A stretch of DNA of 52,840 nucleotides from Lentisphaeria bacterium (lineage in GTDB: Bacteria > Verrucomicrobiota > Lentisphaeria > JABSQK01 > JAWLHB01), in NCBI GenBank assembly GCA_041690595.1, contig JAWLHB010000008.1, positions 186,001-238,840 on the forward strand, written 5' to 3'. Shown piece by piece: positions 31,291 to 40,990 of this stretch. Made by a program: the position numbers and the translations under genes. The stretch's first letter is position 1, and every line of letters begins with the position of its first letter. The notes beneath the pieces are model-generated. The model was not told where the DNA came from. It saw nothing but the letters and a program-made list of their open reading frames with translations, and did no database searches.

Positions 31291-34200
31291 CTGCCAAAGC
31301 CGGTTCCACCATGTACCGAATCCGCATCGCATGTCTTCTGGTGGTCTTGATGCTGGCTTCCGCCACAACGGAAACGCACGCTGCGGACACGGCACACACC
31401 GGGCCGACGCCTTTCCTGCGCGTGCCGAAACTGGCGACCCCGCCAAGCATGCTCCCGGTGCGGCGTTTCGGCGGTCACTGGAAGCGGTGCGCGGCCGTCA
31501 GCGGTCTGCGGAATGCACTGCTGCCAGCCCGTGGCATCAGCCCGGAAGCCCTGCACGTGGCGCCCGGTTTCGACGCCTCCTGGCATGTCGGCTACGACGA
31601 CGAGCATGTGTATCTCGGCGCGATCATCCAACTCCCGGAAGAAGGGCTGCGCCTGCATGCCGAGACGCTAACCGATCACAACAGCAACATCGTCAAGGAC
31701 GATCACCTGGAGTTTCGCCTGAGCCTCGAGGATCTGGCTGTAGCAGCCCAGAAGCCGTCGCTGCAAGTCTTTCTCAACAGCGCCGGCGCCGTCTGGGCGA
31801 TGGTCGTGGAGGCCTTGCCCGGGCAAAACCTGTTGATCGACCGCAAACGCATCCAGATCGAACAGGTGTTGACGGACGACGGGCACATCCCCGGCACCTG
31901 GTGGTACGTCAAGATGGCCATCCCCTTCGACGTACTCGACATCGAGAGCCTGGACAACCGTAACGGTCGCATGCAGGTCGTCTACCAGGCCGGCTTCTCT
32001 TACGGCAGCTGGGGCGGCGGCACCTGGAAGAAGTACGACACGATGGCGGAAGTCGTTTTCGACCCCGCTCCGCCCGCCATCTTCCAGCTCAACGCCTCCT
32101 ACCCACATCTACTCAGGCGCGACGGCAGCCTGCGCCTAGACGGCGACGGCATCGCCAACAGCGGCTCACCCGAGGAGCCCTTGGCTGTCGTTCTGGAGGT
32201 GAGCAACGAGGCTGAAGGCAAGACTCTCTACACCAAGCGGCAGCAGGCCAAGGTGATCGGCGGCGAGACCTTCAGTCTTCCGCTTCGCACCCGCGTGCCC
32301 GTCGGCGAGGGGCTGAATGTGATGACCATCCGCGCCTTCTGTCAAGGCGCTGACGGCGAGGAAACGCTGTTGCTGCGCCAGATCCTCCCCTTTCAGACCG
32401 CTGACGCTTACACCGACACGGCAGCGGCGGATTGGATCGAAGCGCATCGCGCCTCGGGCAAGGCTGAGGCGATCTACGATTACGTCTACTCACCCTACGA
32501 TCACAAGCTCGATGCGATGGTCGACACACGGATTCCGCTGAATTTGCTGAGCGGCGAGGAACTCGAGCGCGGCAAGCTGATGCAGGCCGCCACCGAATGC
32601 CGCGTCAGCGTCACCAATGCGGATGGCGAAGCTGTCGCCTCCGGCACCGTGACGCTGGTCGAGAAGCAGGGCAATGTCGTCCTGACCTTCGCTCCGCCGT
32701 TGCCGGAGGGGCGCTACACGGTCGCCTACCAGTTGCGTAAGGATGACCAGGTGGTGGACGAGCAGGAACGCTTGCTGGTGCGCGACGTTCAGCCGTGGGA
32801 GCACACGAAGCTGGGTCTCGATGCCGTGGTCATTCCCCCGTGGGAACCGATCCACCGGAGCGGTGAGGACAGCGTGGCGCTGATCGGGCGCACCTACACC
32901 TTTGGCCCGTCCGGCCTGCCGACGGCGATGGAGTCGCAGGGCAGCGATGTGCTCGGAGGCGCGGCAACCCTGAGCGGCTCCGTCGACGGCAAGGCCGCGA
33001 GTCTGGCCAGCGCCGGCACTGCCCGCATCGACCTGGTGCCGGGGCATCGATTCCCGGCCGAGCTGACGCGTCATGAATGGGTCGATGCCACCAGCCCGGT
33101 GCCCGGCCAGGACATCGAGCTGGAACCGGTGGATGGCTATCAAGCGCGCATCCACGGTCACGGCACCGTGGGCGCCCTTCCCATCGCGGTGGAGGGGACG
33201 CTGGACTACGACGGGCTCTACACGATCGCTCTCACCCTGGGCGGGGAGAATCCCGTGCAGGTCGACAGCCTGACCTTGACCATACCGATCAGCGAACGAG
33301 CAACGCTCTACCGATTCAATCGCACCTACGGCTTCGAGGGCACCGGGCGCATTCCCGACGGCGAAGGCGTGCTGTATTCCAGCAGCGATCAGCCGCCCAT
33401 CGCGCAACTCCACACGTCCTTCGTGCCGATCGTCTTCGCCGGCGTCTACGACCGTGGCCTCTTCTGGATGGCGGAGTCGGATCAGGGCTGGAGCGTGGCA
33501 GATGACAGCGCCCTGGTCGAGTTGGTTCGCAAGGACGGGCAGTTGGCGTTGCGTTTCAACCTGGTGACCGCGCCCGTGGAGCTGCGCAAGCCGCGGCGCA
33601 TCGAGTTTGCGTTGATGGCCACCCCCAGCCGTCCCAAGCCGCCGACCTATCGGCGTGCCCTTTGGGAGAAGACCTACTCCCACGATACCGCCGGCTGGCG
33701 CTACTACGGCGGCGGCGTCAATGGCTTTCACCTGGACACGCCGGCAGACTTTGAAGGGCTGCGCAAGTTCTACTACGAAGCTGAAGGCCCACGATCCGTC
33801 GCCTCCGTCTATGCGCTGCAACCCGCTCCTGAAGGAGCCCGAGAGGTGGAGTGGAAGGTGCATACCGAAGCAGCTCGCAACGGTGGCCCGCTGATCGTCT
33901 ACGGCAGCACCTACGGGGCGAATGCAGCCATGCCTGGCTTCGCCACCTTCGGCAGTGGCTGGATCCAATCGTCGGATCTCAGCCGCACCGCCCAGATCCA
34001 GAGCCGCTTCCGCAACTGGACGAACGAAGGCGGTACGGTGCTCTGGGACACGGATGAAGAACTCACCCCAATCGTCGTCTGCATGGATGACAGCTACGAG
34101 GATGCGCACCTCTGGCACATGGTACGGCTGGCGAAGTACTCGCACATCAACGGCTTCTTCAACGACATCTACGTTCCCTACCCGACCAAGGCCATGCAGC

Positions 34201-34973
34201 TCGCCAGCGATGTGAATGGCGTGGCGTATCGGCGCCCGAATGGAGAGTTGCAGGCGCTGGCGATCCCGTTGCGCTATCACCAACGCACCCGGCGCTTCGC
34301 TACCGCCATGTGGATGATGGGGCGGACGCCGATGATCCTGCAGAGCAACAATCACAACAGTACCTATGGCCCGACCTGGTTCGTGGAGGGTCGCATGTAT
34401 CACGCCAGCCCGACGCAGAACTGGATCGAGTCCGGCATGACGCTGGACACCTTCGCCGCGTTCACCGCAACGACCAGCGGTCAGGCCAGAGTGACCACCC
34501 GCGTCAGGCCGATCCTGACGGACGGCAAGCCGACGGGCGTCCGGGAGAACATCGTCCGCGTCGCCATGGCCTTTGTGCTGCTTCACGACCTGCAGGCCGA
34601 CGAATGGGGCATCAGCGCCAACGGCATGAGTACGTTTCCGCAGGATATCCTCAGGGTGCTCAAGGACGAGGTCGACTTCCTTGATCCCGCGACGACCTGG
34701 GTGCGCTATTGGGAGCCTGAAGGCAGGGTCGCTGCCGATGACGAACGAGTCGTGGTTGGTGGCTACGCCCACGCCGATGGCGAAGCCGCGTTGCTGATCG
34801 TGCTGAATCAGGCGCTCGAGCCGATCGAGACCACCATTCAGATCGGCAAGAGTCTGTTGGGGCGGGAGCCGACCTCGATCGTCGAGGCCGAATCCGGCAG
34901 GCAACTCGGCACATCCGCCACAATAGCGCTGCAGCTGCCCGCCACTGGCACAGCATACCTGCTGATCAAGTAA
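31287..34973 (+). CDS. Large secreted CBM9-like + DUF6067/GH123-like protein, paralog of 20777-24127
   Basis: Signal peptide; DDHLEFRL, PWE..LG...VIPPWEPI, DYDG, RGLFW, FALMATPSRP, NGFFND and VRYWE, co-linear with the paralog. Confidence 0.62.
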   Translation: MTAKAGSTMYRIRIACLLVVLMLASATTETHAADTAHTGPTPFLRVPKLATPPSMLPVRRFGGHWKRCAAVSGLRNALLPARGISPEALHVAPGFDASWHVGYDDEHVYLGAIIQLPEEGLRLHAETLTDHNSNIVKDDHLEFRLSLEDLAVAAQKPSLQVFLNSAGAVWAMVVEALPGQNLLIDRKRIQIEQVLTDDGHIPGTWWYVKMAIPFDVLDIESLDNRNGRMQVVYQAGFSYGSWGGGTWKKYDTMAEVVFDPAPPAIFQLNASYPHLLRRDGSLRLDGDGIANSGSPEEPLAVVLEVSNEAEGKTLYTKRQQAKVIGGETFSLPLRTRVPVGEGLNVMTIRAFCQGADGEETLLLRQILPFQTADAYTDTAAADWIEAHRASGKAEAIYDYVYSPYDHKLDAMVDTRIPLNLLSGEELERGKLMQAATECRVSVTNADGEAVASGTVTLVEKQGNVVLTFAPPLPEGRYTVAYQLRKDDQVVDEQERLLVRDVQPWEHTKLGLDAVVIPPWEPIHRSGEDSVALIGRTYTFGPSGLPTAMESQGSDVLGGAATLSGSVDGKAASLASAGTARIDLVPGHRFPAELTRHEWVDATSPVPGQDIELEPVDGYQARIHGHGTVGALPIAVEGTLDYDGLYTIALTLGGENPVQVDSLTLTIPISERATLYRFNRTYGFEGTGRIPDGEGVLYSSSDQPPIAQLHTSFVPIVFAGVYDRGLFWMAESDQGWSVADDSALVELVRKDGQLALRFNLVTAPVELRKPRRIEFALMATPSRPKPPTYRRALWEKTYSHDTAGWRYYGGGVNGFHLDTPADFEGLRKFYYEAEGPRSVASVYALQPAPEGAREVEWKVHTEAARNGGPLIVYGSTYGANAAMPGFATFGSGWIQSSDLSRTAQIQSRFRNWTNEGGTVLWDTDEELTPIVVCMDDSYEDAHLWHMVRLAKYSHINGFFNDIYVPYPTKAMQLASDVNGVAYRRPNGELQALAIPLRYHQRTRRFATAMWMMGRTPMILQSNNHNSTYGPTWFVEGRMYHASPTQNWIESGMTLDTFAAFTATTSGQARVTTRVRPILTDGKPTGVRENIVRVAMAFVLLHDLQADEWGISANGMSTFPQDILRVLKDEVDFLDPATTWVRYWEPEGRVAADDERVVVGGYAHADGEAALLIVLNQALEPIETTIQIGKSLLGREPTSIVEAESGRQLGTSATIALQLPATGTAYLLIK

Positions 34974-34988
34974 CCCACAGGCCCTGCC

Positions 34989-36068
34989 ATGACCTCCAAA
35001 GAACGTGTTCTGACGACGATCCACCGACAAGTGCCCGACCGGGTGCCGATCAACTACGCCGCCAACCCGGGCATCGACGCCCGGCTCAAGCAGCATTTCG
35101 GGCTGAAGGCCGACGACAGCGAGGAGCTCAAGCAGCGCTTGGAGGTCGACTTTCGGCCGGCCGGAGTCTCGTATGCTGGCCCGAAGCTTCATGCAGATCT
35201 GCCCGAGCGAGGAATCAAGGTTGATGACTGGGGCATCCATCGGCGATGGGTGGAGCACGAGAGCGGCGGCTACTGGGACTACTGCGACTTCCCCCTGCAG
35301 GATGCCAGTGAGGAGGAAATCGCCGAATGGCCGATGCCCTCACCCGACGATTTCGATTACTCGACGGTGCGGGATCAGTGCCGCAAGCACGCCGAGTATG
35401 CCGTCTTCACTGGCAGCGGCGGAGCTCCGGACATCATCAACGGCAACAGCATGCTGCGCGGCATGGAACAGACCATGGTCGACCTGATCACCGACGATCC
35501 CGCCGGACTGCTGCTGGCCAAACGCCGCAGCGAGATCATCCTGGAGATCCTGCGCCGCACACTCGAAGCAGCCAGCGGTGGCGTCGACTTGCTCTGGCTC
35601 GGCGAAGACCTGGGCACGCAGCGCGGCCCGATCATCAGCCGCGACGTCTACCGCAAGCACCTGCAACCGATTCACCGGAAGTTTGTGGACATGGCCAGTT
35701 CCTTTGGCGTGCCGGCGATTATCCACTCCTGCGGCTCCAGCAGTTGGGCCTTCGATGACTTCATCGAGATCGGCATCGCCGTCGTCGATACGTTGCAACC
35801 AGAGGCCCATGACATGGCGCCCGGTTACCTGAAAGCGACATTCGGCGATCGACTGGCCTTTCATGGCTGCATCAGCACGGCGGGGCCGGTCGCCACTGGC
35901 ACCGTTCAGGAGACCATCGACACCTGCCGGGAAACGCTGGAGACGATGATGCCGGGCGGCGGCTACTGCTTCGCGCCCACCCACGCATTGCAGGACAACT
36001 CACCCACCGAAAATGTCATCGCCATGTACGAGACCGCCCAGCACTATGGTTGCTATCAAGAATCCTGA
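34989..36068 (+). CDS. URO-D family protein #3
   Basis: MTSKERVL..PDRVP, GEDLGTQRGPIIS, HSCG, LQPEA, GGGYCFAPTH..Q.NSPTENVIAM. Confidence 0.9.
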   Translation: MTSKERVLTTIHRQVPDRVPINYAANPGIDARLKQHFGLKADDSEELKQRLEVDFRPAGVSYAGPKLHADLPERGIKVDDWGIHRRWVEHESGGYWDYCDFPLQDASEEEIAEWPMPSPDDFDYSTVRDQCRKHAEYAVFTGSGGAPDIINGNSMLRGMEQTMVDLITDDPAGLLLAKRRSEIILEILRRTLEAASGGVDLLWLGEDLGTQRGPIISRDVYRKHLQPIHRKFVDMASSFGVPAIIHSCGSSSWAFDDFIEIGIAVVDTLQPEAHDMAPGYLKATFGDRLAFHGCISTAGPVATGTVQETIDTCRETLETMMPGGGYCFAPTHALQDNSPTENVIAMYETAQHYGCYQES

Positions 36069-36244
36069 GTTGAACCCCACGGAGCGCCTGCACTGGGCAC
36101 GGCTGGCGCACAGGATCTCTCGACCCGTACTGAAGCGCTGACCGAAGACTGGCTGGGACGCCGGGTCTGGCTCGGGGATGACGCGCCCCTGGACACCGCA
36201 CTGAAATTCTGCCGTTGATACCTTACCAGACCAGGAGGTCTACT

Positions 36245-37567
36245 TTGCCATCTTCACGAAAACGCTGCGCCATCGTCGGCGTTGGCCACCGCGCCCACAG
36301 CTGGCTGACCGGCATCGCCGAACAGCACCCCGAAGCCGCCGAGCTGGTCGCCCTCTGCGATCCGGAACTCCAACGTTGCCACGACGCCAACGAGGTGTAC
36401 GGCACCGAGGCAATGGTTTACGACGACTACGGACGGATGCTCGCCGAGGCCCGAGCGGATCTAATCATCGTCAACACGCCGGAGCGTTACCATTGCGGCC
36501 ACATCGTCCAGGCGCTCGACGCGGGCTGCGATGTGGCGACGGAGAAGCCGCTCTGCACGACCATCGAGGATGCGGAGGCAATCATAGCCGCGGAGCAGCG
36601 CAACGACCGCAAGATCTTCATGGCCTTCAACTACCGGCACATCCCGCTCTGTTCGAAGATCCGCGAGCTGGTGGTCGGTGATGCCATCGGTCGCCCCGTC
36701 TCAATCGATCTGACCTGGTATCTCGACTACAAGGGCCACGGCGCCAGCTACTTCCGGCGCTGGCATCGGCTCATGCAGGAGTCAGGCGGCCTGCTGATCA
36801 CCAAGGCGTGTCACCACTTCGACCTGGCCAACTGGTGGATGGACGACGTGCCCGCGCTGGTCTTTGCGCAGGGGGACCGCAATTTCTTCGGAGCCGGCAA
36901 GAACCCCTACCAAGGCCATCGCTGCTCCACCTGCGAGCACGCCAAGGTCTGCGATTGGTACACCGACGTCTGTGTCACCGATCGCACCGAAGAGCTGAGC
37001 CGGGAGCTCGGCTACCGCGTCAAGGGCGTTCGCGGCTACATCCGCGACTACTGCCCGTTCGGCGACGATGTGGACATCTACGACACCATGTCCGTGAATG
37101 TGCGCTACAAGAACGGCGGTCTGCTCAACTACAGCCTCAACGCCTCCGTCCCCTACGAGGGCTGGAACCTCGCCATCAACGGCACCAAAGGCCGGTTGGA
37201 GAGCAAGATCACCGACAACAAGCCCAGCCCCGGCTGGCAGGAGAAGCACCAGATCATCGGCCCCGACGGCAAGCCGCTCAAAGGCAAAGGCTACCGCATC
37301 ACCGACTGGCCAGCGGAGTATTCGATCCACGTCATGCCGCATGATGCAGACGACTACCAGGTGCGCCTGCCCAACATCGCCGATGGGCATGGCGGCGGTG
37401 ACTACAAGATCATGGACGCCGCGCTTGCCGATCTCTACCCCGCCGAGGACACGCTCAACATCTGGGCCAGTGCCGTGCAGGGCGCCCGCAGCACCGCCAT
37501 CGGCGCCGGCGCCAACCAGTCCATCGCCAGCGGCCAGCCGATCACCCTGCCGGACTTCGACGCATGA
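36245..37567 (+). CDS. Gfo/Idh/MocA family oxidoreductase
   Basis: TTG start after AGGAGG; IVGVGHR, EKP, SYFRRWHR, GGLLITKACHHFD, GHGGGD. Confidence 0.9.
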   Translation: MPSSRKRCAIVGVGHRAHSWLTGIAEQHPEAAELVALCDPELQRCHDANEVYGTEAMVYDDYGRMLAEARADLIIVNTPERYHCGHIVQALDAGCDVATEKPLCTTIEDAEAIIAAEQRNDRKIFMAFNYRHIPLCSKIRELVVGDAIGRPVSIDLTWYLDYKGHGASYFRRWHRLMQESGGLLITKACHHFDLANWWMDDVPALVFAQGDRNFFGAGKNPYQGHRCSTCEHAKVCDWYTDVCVTDRTEELSRELGYRVKGVRGYIRDYCPFGDDVDIYDTMSVNVRYKNGGLLNYSLNASVPYEGWNLAINGTKGRLESKITDNKPSPGWQEKHQIIGPDGKPLKGKGYRITDWPAEYSIHVMPHDADDYQVRLPNIADGHGGGDYKIMDAALADLYPAEDTLNIWASAVQGARSTAIGAGANQSIASGQPITLPDFDA

Positions 37568-38360
37568 TCACAAGTGCACTGGCAGATGCCTTTCGCGACC
37601 CGCCCGCCGAGTACCGGGGCATGCCGCTCTGGGTGTGGGCCGGTGAGTTGCAGGTCGACAATCTCTGCCGACACCTGCGCAATCTGCAGGAGATGGGCTT
37701 TGGCGGGGCCTTTCCGCACGTTCGGGTTCTGCTGCACACCCGTTTACATGGGCAAGGAATGGCTGAATGCCATGCAGGTGGTCAGCGAGGAGGCCGACCG
37801 CCTCGGCATGCGGCTGGCTCTACGACGAGGATCGCTGGCCCTCCGGCTATGCGGGCGGCCTGGCGACAGAAAAGCCGGAACACGGCGCTCGCTACCTGCT
37901 CTTCACCCCGGAGCAGTTGCAGCCGGATGCATCCACCACACTGCTGGCCGTCTATGAGGTGCAGACCGCCTCGGATGTACGACGAACCGGGCAACGCGTC
38001 GATCCCACCTCCCGTCCCGCGCCGGGCACGGAGCGCTGGGTTGCCTGGGAGATCGCCTGCCGGATCCTGCCCCGCTTCAATCATCGTCCCTACCTGGATA
38101 TGCTCTCCCCCGAGGCCGTGCAGACCTTCATCGGCGTCACCCACATCCCCTATCTGCAGGCGCTCGGGCCGGAATTCCGTGGCGTCTTCACCGATGAGCC
38201 TGCCTTTCACCCGGCCACCGGCTACGACGATCCGAGCTTCTGCCATCGCCAGTGGCCCCGCCGGGCCGATGCCGCCGAAGGCATCGCCTATTCCTGGACC
38301 AGCCGCCTTGAATCGCTCTATCGCGAGCGCTACGGCGCCGTCGACGCCCCGAAAAGAAAG
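37564..38360 (+). pseudogene. Frameshifted, 3'-truncated GH106-like (alpha-L-rhamnosidase-type) glycoside hydrolase
   Basis: Segments in three frames: FRDPPAEYRGMPLWVW..GFGGAFPHVR / YMGKEWL..EADRLGM / WLYDEDRWPSGYAGG..GVFTDEP. Coding signal is lost after about 38350. Confidence 0.75.
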
Positions 38361-38537
38361 ACATCTTCAAAGTTGCTCACGTCAGCTTGCTCCGTGGTTC
38401 CGTCAGATTGGTGTACCTGCCTGCCATGCCTGTTGCCACTGAAACGTAGAGCCGCCGTGGTTAACATGCATTCGAAAGTATTGGCCGGAAATTTTGCTTA
38501 TGCTTGAAGCTTTCGGCCACCATGCTACCGTCGCGGC

Positions 38538-39680
38538 ATGAATGAGCGACTGATCAATGTGGAAGTCTTTCTCGGCGCGGCGCCTTTGCTGGAGCTTCGC
38601 CTGGTCGAAGGATTGCTGAGCTTTGGCGACAGCCACCCTCAGTGGCGCTTTGCCCTTCGTGGCGCGGACGTACGCTACACACCGGAGTGGCTGCGGCAGC
38701 AACGGGTCAGCGGCGCCCTCGTCCTGATCGAGGTCGCCGACGTCGCGCCCGTTCTGGATGCCGCCGATGTGCCCTGGGTGCACCTCCTGCCGGCGGTACC
38801 GTTTTCGCACCCGGCGGTGATGGTTGACGACTCTGCCATTGGTCGGATGGGGGCCGAAGCCCTGCTCGAACGGGGTTTTCGCAGATTTGCTTTTTGCGGG
38901 GTCGGTACATCCTGGAGCCTGGAACGGGGACGGGGATTCAAGGAACGTCTGGCCGAGGCCGAACTGGGGTGCCCAATGATGGATACTCACTTCGACACGG
39001 GCAAGAGCTGGACGCTGGCAGCCGACGCCGATGAGAAGCTGTGCGCCTGGCTGCGCAGTTTGCCACGTATCACGGCCATCATGGCCGCCCACGACGCCCT
39101 TGCGAACCGCTTGGTGGACCTCTGCCGCCAGCTGAGCATTCGGGTGCCGGACGATCTGGCTATTCTCGGGGTCGGCAACCACGACCTTCTCTGCCGCTTG
39201 AGCCCGGTGCCGATCTCCAGTAACGATTGCGCCGTCCCGGAAGTGGCCAGGCGTGGCGCCGCCCTGCTCGAATCCATGATCCGCCAGGAGCCGTATCCGG
39301 CGAGCGTCACCGTTGCCCCCAAAGGCGTCATCGAACGCCGGACGACCGAGGTCTTGGGATTCGAGAACGACCTCATCAACCGCCTGGTGCGGTACATCCG
39401 CGATCATGCCTGCGGCGGCTTGACGGTAGACGAACTGGCCCGCCGTTTCCCGATCTCTCGCCGTACCCTCAGCCGCCGCTTCCACGAGTATGTCGGCCAT
39501 TCTCCCGGCGAAGAAATCCGCCGCACCCGCCTGCGCCAGGCGAGGCACTTGCTCAAGCAAACCGATCTGCCTCTGAAAGCTATCGCCGCCGCCTGTGGCT
39601 ACGCCGATCTGTCCCACCTCGATCGCGCCTTCCAACAAGCCTATCAAGTCTCCCCGAGCGAAGCCCGTCAGGCACCATGA
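38538..39680 (+). CDS. XylR-type AraC family regulator (LacI-like sensor + AraC HTH)
   Basis: HLL..RGFRRFAF, RVPDDLAILGVGN, ISRRTLSRRF..VGHSP, IAAACGYADLSHLDRAF. Confidence 0.9.
   Translation: MNERLINVEVFLGAAPLLELRLVEGLLSFGDSHPQWRFALRGADVRYTPEWLRQQRVSGALVLIEVADVAPVLDAADVPWVHLLPAVPFSHPAVMVDDSAIGRMGAEALLERGFRRFAFCGVGTSWSLERGRGFKERLAEAELGCPMMDTHFDTGKSWTLAADADEKLCAWLRSLPRITAIMAAHDALANRLVDLCRQLSIRVPDDLAILGVGNHDLLCRLSPVPISSNDCAVPEVARRGAALLESMIRQEPYPASVTVAPKGVIERRTTEVLGFENDLINRLVRYIRDHACGGLTVDELARRFPISRRTLSRRFHEYVGHSPGEEIRRTRLRQARHLLKQTDLPLKAIAAACGYADLSHLDRAFQQAYQVSPSEARQAP
39542..39680 (+). repeat. 139-bp direct repeat, copy 1 (3' end of xylR-like gene)
   Basis: GAGGCACTTG...GGCACCATGA is identical to 41892-42030 by visual alignment. 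Confidence 0.95.
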
Positions 39681-39777
39681 CCTGATTGAGACTGTCTCTG
39701 GCCCGATGGCTCGGGGGAAACGGGGGGCCGGAAGGACAAACAGGAGGAATAGGAGGAACAGTAAGAATAAATGTCGG

Positions 39778-39835
39778 TTGACAGAGGCCATAACTGTACT
39801 ATCTTCCTCGCATCTCTCTTGTCCTCAATTGGACA
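39778..39835 (+). promoter_or_regulatory. Putative promoter TTGACA-N16-TATCTT with downstream palindrome TGTCC-N6-GGACA
   Basis: -35 at 39778, -10 at 39800, palindrome at 39820-39835. Confidence 0.5.
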
Positions 39836-39908
39836 GAAGCATCGGGAACTCCAAGTGCTTCAGGTACGCGAGTGTCAGAAGATGTCTATTACGTGCATGG
39901 GAGACTGT

Positions 39909-40080
39909 ATGATGAGTACGGACAATCGGGAACGGTGGGTGTCTTTCGCTGAGATAGCAACCTATCCCGGTGTCCTTAGCACGACCGGTTACAAATGGTT
40001 TACGCGAAAGCGCATGCCCGCGCACAAGGCCGGACGACGACTGGGTTGGGCCTGGCCAGGCGGCCCCAGCAGTATCCAAG
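39909..40080 (+). pseudogene. Excisionase-like (HTH_17) DNA-binding protein remnant
   Basis: ERWVSFAEIATYPGV..TGYKWFTRKRMPAHKAGR, then DDWV.PGQAA in another frame. The family's LWKF..SEV segment is absent. Confidence 0.7.
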
Positions 40081-40198
40081 CGGATATCAATTTCGAGAGG
40101 AATGCGAGCGGTTACCAGTCAAGTTCCTTTCGGGCGCTTGATTGTCGCCAATAAATATGCAATATGTATCGATAAATGATATTGGACGCATACAAGCC

Positions 40199-40990
40199 AT
40201 GAGCAGCAGCGAAGAATTTGTGAAGCAGCTTCTGAAGGCAGGGCGGTACAGTTTCACGCTCCAGGAAGCGAGCGAGGAGCTGGGCAAGCAAGGACCGGCC
40301 CTGAATCTGGCACTGCAGCGGCTGAAGAAGGCGGGATGGATCGCGCCGGTCAGCCGTGGATTTTACGTCGCCCTGGATGTTCAGCACCAGGCGGGAGGCA
40401 TGCTCGATCCGGTCTGGTTCGTGGACGACTGGGCGCGGCACGTACGCATGGCCTACTATGTCGGCGGTCTGAGCGCAGCCGAACGGCATGGCGCCGCGCA
40501 CCAGCGTCCGATGCAGTTCCAGGTCTTCGGTAACCGCCAACTGCGGGATGTGCGGCAGCCGGGGCTGCATCTGGCGACATTCTACAAGCGGGACATTTTG
40601 GCGACTCCGACCGTCAAGCTGAAGTCTCCCGCAGGATATTTCCTGGTCTCCACCCCGGAAGCCACCGCGTGGGACATGGTGGCCTATCACCGGTGCTGCC
40701 CGTCGCTGGACCATGCGGCCACGGTTCTGGTCGAACTGGCGGAGGCGATCGACGCCCGGAGGCTTGCGGATCTGCCTGCACATGGGTTTGCCCTGCCCGT
40801 GCTGCAACGGGTAGGATGGCTGCTGGATTCCGTGCGGTGGGCCGAAAAGGCCGAACGGCTGCATGCCGCCCTGAGCGAGCATTCACTCAAATGGGTGCCG
40901 CTGGAATCGCGCCTGCCGGCAGAGGGTGCGAGGAACCCGCGCTGGCGGGTGATCGAGAACACGGATATTCAACCAGATATCGAACGATGA
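40199..40990 (+). CDS. Type IV TA antitoxin, AbiEi family
   Basis: GRYSFT, RGFYV, YYVGGLSAAERHGAAHQRP, VSTPEATAWD, LQRVGWLL, RWRVIEN. Confidence 0.88.
   Translation: MSSSEEFVKQLLKAGRYSFTLQEASEELGKQGPALNLALQRLKKAGWIAPVSRGFYVALDVQHQAGGMLDPVWFVDDWARHVRMAYYVGGLSAAERHGAAHQRPMQFQVFGNRQLRDVRQPGLHLATFYKRDILATPTVKLKSPAGYFLVSTPEATAWDMVAYHRCCPSLDHAATVLVELAEAIDARRLADLPAHGFALPVLQRVGWLLDSVRWAEKAERLHAALSEHSLKWVPLESRLPAEGARNPRWRVIENTDIQPDIER

Noticed and set aside
20792..35258. Long minus-strand ORFs (567, 531, 341 and 922 aa)
   Set aside because: They lie opposite well-supported, coupled plus-strand genes.
24870..36068. Calling the URO-D proteins hemE
   Set aside because: They lack the HemE RQAGR motif and a tetrapyrrole gene context.
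36070..36220. Coding-like intergenic stretch (EALTEDWLGRRVWLGDDAPLDTALKFCR)
   Set aside because: No start codon and no recognisable family.
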